A stretch of 53,242 nucleotides of DNA from a virus (Duplodnaviria > Caudoviricetes): IMG/VR virus record IMGVR_UViG_3300017788_000033, positions 1-53,242 of that record, one strand, 5' to 3'. Below, in pieces: positions 45,301-53,204 of the stretch. A program made the translations under genes and the position numbers. Under the pieces are notes generated by a model. The model did not search any database and had not been told where the DNA came from. It worked only from the letters and a program-made list of their open reading frames with translations. Position 1 is the first letter of the stretch. Each line of letters opens with the position of its first letter.

Positions 45301-47490
45301 GTAAGGTATGTAACTAATCTGGGATCTAACATTGCAGGATTAATTGAAGGAAATACATATTTTGTTAAGAGGGTCGGAGTTTCTTCCGTTGAACTTCACA
45401 ATAATTATGGATTACTCTCTAGAAGAGATTTGACAGGTAGTGGTATTGGAACGCATTCTTTAATTAGAATTGGAGTTTCAACTTCAACTAGTAGAATTCA
45501 CTTCATTAATCATGGATACAGTATCGGAGATCCTGTAAGAGTTTCTGGAAATGTTCCAGTCGGCGTAGATACCGGTTCTTTCTATTATGTCGGTGGTATA
45601 ACACAAAACGCATTCAGTCTTCACACAATTAGATCTGATGCTACAGCTTCAGTGAATGGAGTTAACTTAAATCAAGTTTCAATTGCACAAACTGGAACTG
45701 GAACAATTACGTTCACAAAACAAAACGTAAGGTATTCAGCTAATGTTAATACTTCATCAACAGATCCAGAAAACTGGTCTCTCTTAGCACAACAAGATAT
45801 TGATGCTGCTAATATTATTAGTGGAACTATTAGTCCATCTAGACTTGGTAATGGATCCGCTAATTCCGATACAGTTCTATATGGAAACTCAGAATATCAA
45901 AAAGTAGTTCGCAGTGTAGGTATTGCAAGTACTACTCCAATCGGTGTTATTGCATCAAGTTCTGATTTTGGTGTGGGATTCACAACACATTATGGGAACA
46001 TTGAACTTAAATTAAATAGAGTTCAATCCACAGTAGATCTTTTTTCAACTCTTGGTATTGCTAAATTTAAATCATCAACATTTACTATCGGTGATGATGG
46101 AGCAGTAAGTATTAAGAGTTCTGCGACTGGTGACGTTGATGCTGCAACATTGGGTGGTCAAGCTGGCTCATACTATCTAAACTCAGCAAACCATACTGGA
46201 ATTATTCCAATTAATAGAGGAGGTACAGGAGTTTCTGGTGTTCCTGCAGATGGTGCAATTCTAATCGGCAATGGAACCGCATATAATCTATCTAATGCAC
46301 CTACTTTAAATGGAACCTATTACTTCACAAGAAATAATGGCGGTAGAGTTGGAAACACATCTAATTACGCTCTTCAGGCATACTCAACTGGTAATAATGC
46401 AGCTGGTATGTCCTTCCATAAGAGTGGTCACTATGCAATTAACATGGGTCTTGATAATGATAACGTATTCAGAATTGGTGGTTGGTCAGCATCTGCAAAC
46501 AGATGGGAACTTGATATGTCTGGTAACACTTACCAGGCCGGATACAATTATGCTTATAGATTTGTAGATCGTGATAATACTAATTTCTACTGCGATCCTT
46601 CTTCAAGTAATCAATTTACAAACAGTTATCATAGTAATGAATGTAGAGCGTTATTCTACACGTTTAATGGAGAAGGTGGAAATAGTGGTAACCCAACAAG
46701 AGCATATTCAATTTTCCAAGAAGGCGGCGGTTGGGGCTTCCCATACCCCGACCTAAGAATTGCATTCCACACTGGTATTAAGATTGGTGCCAATGGTCCT
46801 TCATATGAAGGAACTAGAGTCTACTCTGACTATGACATGAGCGATCTATGTATTCAACTTGTTGGACCATCTAATTACTCATTTAAACAGAAGTGGCAAA
46901 GAACTGATAATGGTACTGGTTACTATAGTGGAACAAATAATGCTCATTTCTATCCAAACCCAAATAGATATGGTTCTTGGAGAATTGATGGATCTAGAAG
47001 TGGTTGGTGGGGATTAGATTTCCCAGAACAAGATATGCAATTGATGATGAACTATAACTCTTGTGGCATTCATAGGGGTGACTATGGTTGGATGTTCTGG
47101 GGTCATAATGCGAGATTGCATATTTATGGAAGCTATCACTCTGGTTGGTCCGATGAAAGATTAAAGGAAAACATTCGTGACTTTGATAATGAAGCTGCAT
47201 TGGATGCTGTTTCTAAACTTAGAACAAGAATCTTTAATTGGAATCCACTAGCAAAACAAATTTATAAGGATGTTAATCCAAATGAAGAAGTAGGATTTGT
47301 TGCTCAAGAAATGCAAGAGGTTCTACCAGAGTTAGTTGTAGTTAATGAGGTTCCAAATAATTATAATGATGAAAAATATTTAACGATTGACTGGAATAAA
47401 TTAATTCCATATACCATTGGTTCTATAAATAGATTAAGAGAAAGAGTAGAGTCTCTTGAAGAAAAAGTTTCTAAATTAATAGGAGAGTAA
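39391..47490 (+). CDS. Long tail fibre/tailspike (2699 aa): Mtd-N-like N-terminus, beta-helix, nested domains, C-terminal S74 intramolecular chaperone
   Basis: QVQIRRGTTAQH..FTGAEGE, FPTADG..GQVL.TDG.G, GNDSNDG...TIKKA...GDY.EDNP, SPYIQNCS, SDERLKENI...GFVAQE...PELV...IDWNKLIP. Confidence 0.88.
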   Translation: MTKQVQIRRGTTAQHAVFTGAEGEITFNTDTHSVVAHNGITTGGYELARTDFGNVPVAKFSGTFEVVGVATTSIGLGNSLSSWDVKVGHGNTTLIVDGSELVTGILTVTGPVTLAKENTVIGGMDFVGVRTETSPEDPLSSWHVSVGKGNTAFVVDQNAYIGGIATVTTTRGTEATFNKLTLTSYGSTTFELSTEITANVGIGTTVIGIAYTDGVAIGDKVSIGTFFSDVTITGFATVAISTSNLFFLHTSISTTVSAGSTIIGLTTTTNISIGNSISVTGYAITSIPIVGLTTFNGPERNEIILQTFVNGTVGSSSTVIPVPGNSAISIGNSFTSGSVVNKRIVGLGTTSIAPYNSGIITATTTTETLAVGATVLYVANTALIAIGNSATITNVGTQYFIDVPITGVGNTFITIPTGSESIGTVSIPSGSVVAISTILTNSDSVILDSAVGTGLTANDPVSISTVTATLFYGVTIGAANTIGVAITAGSNASISTVTSIGPALRIGIGSTSQFTVSSGTTAIIRRYQDIGSTLNVDVLNTKGLDIVGIMTLNGLTFPTADGKKGQVLTTDGQGNVGFATGGGAGGSQVIVRVSQATGNDSNDGRTLPVQTIKKAAQIASFLGYYFNTGATILVESGDYIEDNPIILYDNVNIIADSLRNVVVRPQNANVDLFKVRNGNYVTGLTLTDYLDAETRAPQYTFNHSISFDEPFNESLDRTGYACTSVVGITSVLYDNISGITTIVTDKDHELYPGTTVRLSGIAFTCGYDEAGISTFVYDHVSGVCTATTYTHRGYSIGSKVFLHNLPFSCSGEHAGVTTTIFPDGTSQYGRVFTVTGINTIAKTIKFNAGVSTIPHVFEGWGRNFVTNAVYTPSSGITTITVATGVATNHGLQVDDNVSLEGLNFSCVGYTPNAQVNITNVDYNHVVGIATITTDSDHRAEVGKGIKLAGIAFSCSAEHAGITSTIFPYPGSSPKTLGASYDRFAVRSVLSSTSFTVDVGISTIAHTYVSGGTAQSGITTTIFPDGTAQQQGGNSNGFSADGFTFKVTGITTNTFTFKSGISTIAHTYVSGGTAGKVGTIQRVNTYPEQNPDGRKDFGVFKAEQLNELTIRAGVSTIKHYYVQGGDLVLSKPLINKSPYIQNCSILSSLGGNGILVDGDKVLSPNIPPVQGIAENPPVGDTPEFGKSMVAATFTMISFDGIGWRVINDGYSQVVSCFQIFCRYGSLAQSGGYLSITNSATNFGTVALRATGFSPNSFVFDRGRIAATGTSGGLQTLKCVGFGRSDQDLYVLRFFNDAGEDKTSTFKPIVLEATVNPATGVNTNTDYVTVIGHPFSEGDSVVYLGNEQAEPPIVIGGLVNGNIYYVQYIDSNTFRLYEDESLGKPVDLVGPLRSGINTFQKNNQEFIVDQIISNHNVYQELTLVGASTAHFASGALVQQNVSGGQATGYALTYFSSAGTLIVSVESVGGIRYMFDESVANGGAGGNITDNTGDLSVGVSSIAGITTYRTIEFKVDSTVSGNVIQGIGSLPVNYRCHLHRPSIVNSSAHTWEYSGSGTDYNALPQNGGKTILESEQVSELGGRVYASGTNELGDFKIGTQITAVNRTGNIFFNNKVSIGELDSIRLSLSGGVAVEEFSTDSNLGEGELGGPQNKRVSTQLAVRSFMANRLGTFIDKTVSQNAIPNSVVQLNSSGQINADLIPPKIVNFTRTLVGNGKTVLANQIPAINILQGDTVVEPENSFVLVNDTVSQYLILDNPGNNFVFPNGFEVISTLNSQAIGVVTTPPNGIGVGTTVKNYVGYGLTGLVKGVLQTVTITSGGSGYSQAGIYSGVPLTSSSGIGIGASAIITVGASGTVTDVDILAGGRYYASGDVLTASDSDIGGRSGGSAFTVQAALNETRLYLKLTNNQKFVGSNVLSDFIADSNAVGISTTIDLDLTYSDIDPTAMETGGDIDFSNDRIIVGAGHTLQDGDAVRYVTNLGSNIAGLIEGNTYFVKRVGVSSVELHNNYGLLSRRDLTGSGIGTHSLIRIGVSTSTSRIHFINHGYSIGDPVRVSGNVPVGVDTGSFYYVGGITQNAFSLHTIRSDATASVNGVNLNQVSIAQTGTGTITFTKQNVRYSANVNTSSTDPENWSLLAQQDIDAANIISGTISPSRLGNGSANSDTVLYGNSEYQKVVRSVGIASTTPIGVIASSSDFGVGFTTHYGNIELKLNRVQSTVDLFSTLGIAKFKSSTFTIGDDGAVSIKSSATGDVDAATLGGQAGSYYLNSANHTGIIPINRGGTGVSGVPADGAILIGNGTAYNLSNAPTLNGTYYFTRNNGGRVGNTSNYALQAYSTGNNAAGMSFHKSGHYAINMGLDNDNVFRIGGWSASANRWELDMSGNTYQAGYNYAYRFVDRDNTNFYCDPSSSNQFTNSYHSNECRALFYTFNGEGGNSGNPTRAYSIFQEGGGWGFPYPDLRIAFHTGIKIGANGPSYEGTRVYSDYDMSDLCIQLVGPSNYSFKQKWQRTDNGTGYYSGTNNAHFYPNPNRYGSWRIDGSRSGWWGLDFPEQDMQLMMNYNSCGIHRGDYGWMFWGHNARLHIYGSYHSGWSDERLKENIRDFDNEAALDAVSKLRTRIFNWNPLAKQIYKDVNPNEEVGFVAQEMQEVLPELVVVNEVPNNYNDEKYLTIDWNKLIPYTIGSINRLRERVESLEEKVSKLIGE
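41563..42770 (+). repeat. Nested array of four copies of the same ~100-aa beta domain found in gp7
   Basis: Order A1 A2 B2 A5 A3 B3 B5 B1; 35-nt repeat with 1 mismatch at 42385-42419 versus 42565-42599. Confidence 0.8.
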
Positions 47491-47493
47491 AAC

Positions 47494-47931
47494 ATGGCTT
47501 TAACTATGCCCACATATACTGACCCACGAGGGTATGAATGGGAAAATCCATACATGGTCATCAGCTCAGTAAAGGTTAAAAAAACTTTTACACCAGTTGA
47601 TCCTACGATGGCGGGATTACCTGATCCAGGTACACTACCTCAACATTTATGCGAAGAAGGTAATTACGGTTCTATTACTGTAGATGTATATAGAAGTAAA
47701 GCGGATAGAGAAAAGGGGACCTTACCTATTGCTCAAATTTCTGAAAGAGCTGCAGATGCATGGAATGCTCCATGGCATGAAGTTGGTCAATTACAATCTA
47801 GAAATCCTGAGACTTATGTTCCGATGATTTTTAAAATTAGATACGTTGATGAAGGTAATTTACTATCTGATGCTTATGATCATTTAACTACTAATCATCC
47901 ATTTTTTAAAGATTGTACTTTTGTAGATTAA
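47494..47931 (+). CDS. Hypothetical protein coupled to the tail fibre (possible fibre accessory or assembly factor)
   Basis: SD AGGAG; starts 3 nt after the fibre stop. Function inferred from position only. Confidence 0.65.
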   Translation: MALTMPTYTDPRGYEWENPYMVISSVKVKKTFTPVDPTMAGLPDPGTLPQHLCEEGNYGSITVDVYRSKADREKGTLPIAQISERAADAWNAPWHEVGQLQSRNPETYVPMIFKIRYVDEGNLLSDAYDHLTTNHPFFKDCTFVD

Positions 47932-47950
47932 GTTTATCTTCCTATTAATT

Positions 47951-47984
47951 TATAAATACCTCTAGAAGACTAGGGGTATTTTTT
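47951..47984 (+). promoter_or_regulatory. Late promoter embedded in a terminator-like, SD-sequestering hairpin
   Basis: TATAAATA 47951-47958; stem AAATACCTCTAG 47954-47965 pairs with CTAGGGGTATTT 47970-47981; then TTT and ATG 47985. Confidence 0.75.
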
Positions 47985-48815
47985 ATGGCGCAGCCATCTA
48001 GTAGAGCGGAGTTGAAAGAATACTGCCTCAAACAACTAGGAAAACCAGTTTTAGAAATCAATGTAGATGACGATCAAATTGATAATTTAATTGACGACGC
48101 TATTCAGTATTTTCATGAACGTCATTATGATGGTATTGATCGCGTATTCTTAAAACATAGACTTACCCCTGCAACTAAAGGAACTCTTTCAGAATCTGGA
48201 CCAGTGGGTTCCGCAACGACTTCCCCAGTTGTTGTTGGTGCTGGATTAACTTCACTTACTTATGTGGAAGGAGTTAACTATCTTCCTCTTCCCGATTCAA
48301 TTATTGGTGTTAATAATATTCTTAAGATAAATTCAAGTACAGTATCTGATGGACTCTTCAATATCAAATATCAACTGTTCTTGAACGACGTTTATTACTA
48401 TGGTGCATTAGATCTTCTTAATTATGCGATGGTTAAAAGATATCTTGAAGATTTAGATTTTCTTCTAAATCCACATGCACAAATTCGTTTTAATAAGTTA
48501 AATCATAAGTTATATCTAGACATTGATTGGTCAGAAGTTGGTGAAAATGAGTATGTAATTATTGATTGTTATCGCATCGTTGATCCATCAGATGCGCCAA
48601 AACTTTACAATGATTGGTGGCTAAAGAAATATCTGACTGCGCTCATTAAAAAACAGTGGGGTCAAAATATGAGTAAGTTTCAAGGAGTTTTGCTTCCAGG
48701 CGGAGTTCAACTTAATGGAAGACAGATCTATGATGATGGAGTTGCAGAGATAGAAAAACTTGAACAACAACTTAAGGATGAGTACGAACTACCACCATTT
48801 GATCTCATAGGTTAA
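47985..48815 (+). CDS. gp13: Neck protein gp13
   Basis: P.SR.ELKEYCL.QLG.PVLEINVDDDQ, WLKKY.TALIK.QWGQN..KF.GV.LPGGV.LNG..IY. Confidence 0.95.
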   Translation: MAQPSSRAELKEYCLKQLGKPVLEINVDDDQIDNLIDDAIQYFHERHYDGIDRVFLKHRLTPATKGTLSESGPVGSATTSPVVVGAGLTSLTYVEGVNYLPLPDSIIGVNNILKINSSTVSDGLFNIKYQLFLNDVYYYGALDLLNYAMVKRYLEDLDFLLNPHAQIRFNKLNHKLYLDIDWSEVGENEYVIIDCYRIVDPSDAPKLYNDWWLKKYLTALIKKQWGQNMSKFQGVLLPGGVQLNGRQIYDDGVAEIEKLEQQLKDEYELPPFDLIG

Positions 48816-48816
48816 T

Positions 48817-50247
48817 ATGTCACCACTCAATTCTTATTTTTTACAAGGATCTCCGAGTGAGCAAAGACTTATTCAAGATCTGATCAACGAGCAACTTAAA
48901 ATGTATGGGCAAGATGTTCTATACATGCCAAGAAGAATTATTGGCGAAAATACCGTCATTAAAGAAGTCACTGCTTCCAAGTTTGATGATAGTTTTCGTA
49001 TTGAAGCTTATCTAATGAACTTTGAAGGCTTCAGTGGTAACGGAGATATCTTAAGTAAGTTTGGTGTGAGAAGTAATGACGAAATTAATCTTGTAATTTC
49101 TAAAGAGAGATATGATGATTTCATTTCTCCATTATTGAAGTTATGGCCAGAGGATGAAAGAAAAGTTGCATATAGACCACAAGAAGGAGATTTAATATGG
49201 TTTCCTCTTGATGAATCATTGTTTGAAATCAAATATGTAGAAGGGAAAAAACCTTTTTATCAACTCAATAATCTTTATGTCTATGAATTAAGATGTGAAA
49301 GATTTGAATATGAAGATGAAATTATTGATGTTCCGGAGGTAGATTCTTCAGGAATTGAAATCAATGAATCTATTAAAGATCTTGGGAATGTTTATACTAT
49401 TCAAATGGTTGGAACTGGAGCTACTACTGCAGTTGCTACAGTTGGTTTTGCAACGACAAATCCAAATTCTAAATCAGTTCAATATATTGATTTGATTAAT
49501 GATGGATTTGGATATTCTTTTGCACCCACTGTTTCTATATCCACTGCACCATCAGGGGGGTCTACAGCAACAGCTGTTGCAATTATGACAAGTAGATCTT
49601 CAAATCAAAAACTTTCTATTGATAGAATTCTTATTACAAATCCAGGATTTGGATATACACAACCTCCAACAGTAACTATTTCTGGAGGAGGCGGAAGTGG
49701 TGGAATTGCAACTGCTGTAATAAACACTGGAGTTCTTGGAATAGTAGGACTTTCTTCTGGTGGAGTAGGATATACCACAACACCACAAATAACTATTCAA
49801 AGAACATTTATTCCTTCCAGCACTGGTATTTCTTCAAATATCAGAAATGCACAAGCAGAGGCAGTTCTCAATTCAAATGGAGTCGTTGTTGCAGTTCGTT
49901 ATTCTAATGCTGGTGCTGGATATACATTTACTCCAACAATAGAATTTACAAATTCAACTGCAACAACATTTGGAGATTATGATTATAATGAAGTTGTTAC
50001 TGGTTCTAGAACAGGTACAACTGGTTATGTAAGAAGTTGGGATGCTGCAAATAGAGTCCTTAAAGTTGCAATTGTGGATGGAAACTTTGCGAGAGGTGAG
50101 GCTATTACTGGAGTTGGTGCAAGTTATAAAGTTTCAACGGTACAATCTAATGAATTCTTAGATGCTTATGCTGAGAATATTGAAATTGAATTGGCTGCTG
50201 ATCAAATTTTAGATTTCAGTCAGAAGAACCCATTTGGCGAATACTAA
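48817..50247 (+). CDS. gp14: Neck protein gp14 with inserted G.GY..AP.V.I repeats
   Basis: EQRLIQDLINEQLKMYG.DV.YMPR, RPQEGDLIWFP, PFYQL...YVYEL.CE.FEY, LDFSQKNPFG. Confidence 0.93.
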   Translation: MSPLNSYFLQGSPSEQRLIQDLINEQLKMYGQDVLYMPRRIIGENTVIKEVTASKFDDSFRIEAYLMNFEGFSGNGDILSKFGVRSNDEINLVISKERYDDFISPLLKLWPEDERKVAYRPQEGDLIWFPLDESLFEIKYVEGKKPFYQLNNLYVYELRCERFEYEDEIIDVPEVDSSGIEINESIKDLGNVYTIQMVGTGATTAVATVGFATTNPNSKSVQYIDLINDGFGYSFAPTVSISTAPSGGSTATAVAIMTSRSSNQKLSIDRILITNPGFGYTQPPTVTISGGGGSGGIATAVINTGVLGIVGLSSGGVGYTTTPQITIQRTFIPSSTGISSNIRNAQAEAVLNSNGVVVAVRYSNAGAGYTFTPTIEFTNSTATTFGDYDYNEVVTGSRTGTTGYVRSWDAANRVLKVAIVDGNFARGEAITGVGASYKVSTVQSNEFLDAYAENIEIELAADQILDFSQKNPFGEY

Positions 50248-50250
50248 ATA
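50244..50250 (+). promoter_or_regulatory. Late promoter-like CTAAATA upstream of gp15
   Basis: Overlaps the gp14 stop; upstream of ATG 50275. Confidence 0.45.
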
Positions 50251-50274
50251 ATTATTACTCTACAATAACTTGTA

Positions 50275-51324
50275 ATGATCTCAAATTATTTTTACCACGA
50301 AATATTGAGAAAGACCATTGTGGCTTTCGGTACATTATTTAATGATATTAAAATCAAACATAAAGATAACGCAGGAGATGATTTTAGTATCATTACTGTC
50401 CCGATTGCATATGGCCCTATTCAGAAGTTTTTAGCGAGAATTGAACAGGTTCCTGATTTAAAAAAAAGAGTAGCAATTACTCTTCCTAGAATGTCATTTG
50501 AAATGACAGGAATTTCATATGATCCCAGTAGAAAGTCTTCTACTATGCAAACTTTTAAAGCTTTGGATCAAGATAGTAATGAACTAACAAAAGTTTTTAT
50601 GCCTGTTCCATACAATGTGAACTTTAAACTTTCAATTATGTCCAAGTTGAATGAAGACGCATTACAAGTCGTTGAACAAATACTTCCATACTTTCAACCA
50701 CACTTAAACTTAACGGTAGATTTGGTATCAAGTATTGGGGAAAAAAGAGATATTCCAATGATTCTTGAGAGAATCACAATGGATGATCAATATGAAGGAG
50801 ATTTTACGACAAGGAGAGTTTTAATTTATACTCTAGATTTTGTAGCAAAAACATATTTGTTTGGACCTGCTGGAACTCCAAATGAATCTCTCATCAAACA
50901 AGTTCAGGTTGATTATTATACAAATACTAACAGAGTTAATGCCTCAAGACAACTTAGATATGTTGCGGAACCAAGAGCACTCAAGGATTATAACAATGAT
51001 GAAATTACTGTTATTGCAGATAATATTGATGAAGAAAAAACCCAGTTTGAAGTTTCCGATGCAACTGGTCTAATTGAAAAATCATATATTATGATTGATT
51101 CCGAATCTATGTTTATTCGTGAAATTACTGGCAATACTTTACTTGTAAACAGAGGTCAAGATAAGACAGATATTGTAAGTCATACAGCTGGAACTGCTAT
51201 CAATGTAATTAATGATGTAGACGATGAGTTAATTGATCTAGACGACGACTTTGGATTTAGTGAATCTCGTTATGATTTTGCTGACGGCAAAGTTTATAGC
51301 ACTACTAAAGGAACTGATGTATGA
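50275..51324 (+). CDS. gp15: Tail sheath stabiliser/terminator gp15
   Basis: YFYHEILRKTIVAFGTLFN, VPIAYGP.QKFLAR, LPRMSFE, QVVEQILPYFQP, DDDFGF. Confidence 0.95.
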   Translation: MISNYFYHEILRKTIVAFGTLFNDIKIKHKDNAGDDFSIITVPIAYGPIQKFLARIEQVPDLKKRVAITLPRMSFEMTGISYDPSRKSSTMQTFKALDQDSNELTKVFMPVPYNVNFKLSIMSKLNEDALQVVEQILPYFQPHLNLTVDLVSSIGEKRDIPMILERITMDDQYEGDFTTRRVLIYTLDFVAKTYLFGPAGTPNESLIKQVQVDYYTNTNRVNASRQLRYVAEPRALKDYNNDEITVIADNIDEEKTQFEVSDATGLIEKSYIMIDSESMFIREITGNTLLVNRGQDKTDIVSHTAGTAINVINDVDDELIDLDDDFGFSESRYDFADGKVYSTTKGTDV

Positions 51325-51749
51325 GTTTTGAAGATATTGATAAGGCGTTAGATATTGAAACAACTCCGATTAAATCGGAGATTGTCAAAACAGAACCTGC
51401 TGTAATAAAGAAACCAGGAGAGTCTCCAGACCAACTCCAGAAGGACTATGAGTACTCTAGAGGGCAACTATATTCCATTATTGAGAAGGGACAAGAGGCG
51501 ATCAATGGCATTCTAGAACTTGCACAAGAATCCGACTCTCCCAGAGCTTATGAAGTTGCTGGACAATTGATTAAAAATGTTGGAGATGTTACAGATAAGC
51601 TTTTGGATCTTCAGAAAAAAATGAAAGATATTAACAAAGAAGAAAAAGGTGCAACTCCAACAAGTGTCACTAACAATGCAGTATTTTTTGGATCAACTGC
51701 AGAACTTCAGAAGTTTCTAAAGAGTTCTATGAACCAAGATCCTAAATAA
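51321..51749 (+). CDS. gp16: Terminase small subunit gp16
   Basis: DYEYSRGQLY..IEKGQEA..GIL.LA..S..PRAYEVAGQLIK, NNAVF.GST.ELQK.L. Confidence 0.93.
   Translation: MSFEDIDKALDIETTPIKSEIVKTEPAVIKKPGESPDQLQKDYEYSRGQLYSIIEKGQEAINGILELAQESDSPRAYEVAGQLIKNVGDVTDKLLDLQKKMKDINKEEKGATPTSVTNNAVFFGSTAELQKFLKSSMNQDPK
51742..51748 (+). promoter_or_regulatory. Late promoter-like CTAAATA
   Basis: Overlaps the gp16 stop; upstream of ATG 51773. Confidence 0.45.
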
Positions 51750-51772
51750 AAATAGGAAACTTATAGACATAA

Positions 51773-53200
51773 ATGGATAAACTCACCTTTAAAGAGTGGT
51801 CTATTCTCGCAGACCTAGAAACCATTGCATATCTTGGCGAAGATCAAGAGTTTTCAATGGCTCGTGGAGAACTTAAAACCGCACAAGCTGCAATTACAAG
51901 ATTGATGGCCAAACTCAAAGGTGAAGGTGATTTGGAAGCATGGGTTCAATCAAAAATTACTAAAGCCGCAGAATATCTTGATACAGTAGCAGATCATCTT
52001 TCTCATGGTGAAGATGATACTAAGAGAACTAAAAAAATTGTTGAAAAGTGTTGGGTTGGATATAAACAACTTGGAATGAAAAAGAAGGGAAAAAAAGTAG
52101 TTCCCAATTGTGTGAAGGAGGATTCTATTGATGAAAACAAGAGTGGTGATAGTTCTTTGCGTGACTGGTTTACTAAGAGTCGCGCTTCTGATGGCACCCC
52201 TGGCTGGGTTCAATTGGGTGGTAAATATGCAGGAAAACCCTGTGCAAAACAACCAGGGCAAACCACAAAACCCAAGTGCGGTTCCAGTAAAATGAAAGCA
52301 GAGCTCTCTGATAAAGAAGAGGAGAGAGCATTCCGTCGTAAGAATCAGGAAGATCCAAACCCAGACAGAAAGGGTAAGGCTAAAATGGTTGCGACTGAAG
52401 AAAAGGACGCATGTTATTCAAAGGTAAAATCTCGTTATAAGGTTTGGCCTTCTGCATATGCTTCTGGTGCTTTAGTCAAGTGTCGTAAAGTTGGTGCAAA
52501 GAATTGGGGAAATAAGACTCAGAAAGAAGGTTATGAGTTTTCTAATTGGAGAGATGAATTCAAAGCAACTGAGTATGAGTTTATTGATATTATCAAACCA
52601 GATCCAATTATAACAGGAACTTCTAGACAACAAATTCAAGAAATGGGAGAAGTTGTTAGGTATTGCCCTAAGTGTAAAAAGAACGAAACGATGAAGGAGT
52701 GTAGATATGGAGAAGGATACTGGAAGATGTTTTCATTTCCTGCATCGTTAGGTGGAGGTGGCCCGTATGATCCTAATGAGATTCACCCAGCAAATGAAAA
52801 TGTAAGTTTTGAAATCGGTGGAGGTCATAGACAGGCACAAAGAACTGCAAAGATCAGAAACCTTGCAAAGGGAACAACTAATGCAGGAGAAAAGGCTGCC
52901 GCTATGAAAAAGTTAAGTGGCTCATCTCTACCACTTGCAGATTCTGTAATTCAACCTGGGCAACTGACAAACGAAGACTATCAACGGATACAATCTACGG
53001 GTAATGTTTATACTATACTCTTCTCTTGGAGAGGTAGATCAATGATGAGTCTTCAACTCTTTTTCCCAAATATGAAAAGGCCATCAAAAGATGAAGTGAA
53101 AAAGGAAATTGAGAAGTTTTATCCAGGCGCAGTTATAATGCAGTGGTATCCAAGTCCTACCGATCCATCCAAACCAATTGTAGTTATTCAGAGTAAGTAA
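51773..53200 (+). CDS. Modular protein downstream of gp16; putative internal head polyprotein
   Basis: N-terminal KLTFKEW; short modules (EFSMAR.EL, KCW.GY...VPNCV, KDACY.KVK.RY.VWPSAYASG, CPKC) separated by x-x-E junctions. Confidence 0.75.
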   Translation: MDKLTFKEWSILADLETIAYLGEDQEFSMARGELKTAQAAITRLMAKLKGEGDLEAWVQSKITKAAEYLDTVADHLSHGEDDTKRTKKIVEKCWVGYKQLGMKKKGKKVVPNCVKEDSIDENKSGDSSLRDWFTKSRASDGTPGWVQLGGKYAGKPCAKQPGQTTKPKCGSSKMKAELSDKEEERAFRRKNQEDPNPDRKGKAKMVATEEKDACYSKVKSRYKVWPSAYASGALVKCRKVGAKNWGNKTQKEGYEFSNWRDEFKATEYEFIDIIKPDPIITGTSRQQIQEMGEVVRYCPKCKKNETMKECRYGEGYWKMFSFPASLGGGGPYDPNEIHPANENVSFEIGGGHRQAQRTAKIRNLAKGTTNAGEKAAAMKKLSGSSLPLADSVIQPGQLTNEDYQRIQSTGNVYTILFSWRGRSMMSLQLFFPNMKRPSKDEVKKEIEKFYPGAVIMQWYPSPTDPSKPIVVIQSK

Positions 53201-53204
53201 AAAA

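Noticed and set aside
39391-47931. Diversity-generating retroelement or invertible shufflon acting on the fibre (suggested by the Mtd-N-like start)
   Set aside because: No reverse transcriptase, recombinase, adenine-specific template/variable repeat pair or inverted cassette is visible in the window. The Mtd-N-like part is only an attachment module.
23642-47931. Absence of recognisable gp9-gp12 and wac between gp8 and gp13
   Set aside because: Usual for T4-like cyanophages, where this interval holds large lineage-specific structural genes; not novel.
2116-52358. Numerous short minus-strand and alternate-frame ORFs inside large genes
   Set aside because: All lie within convincing + strand genes and have compositions expected from antisense or off-frame reading of biased codons.
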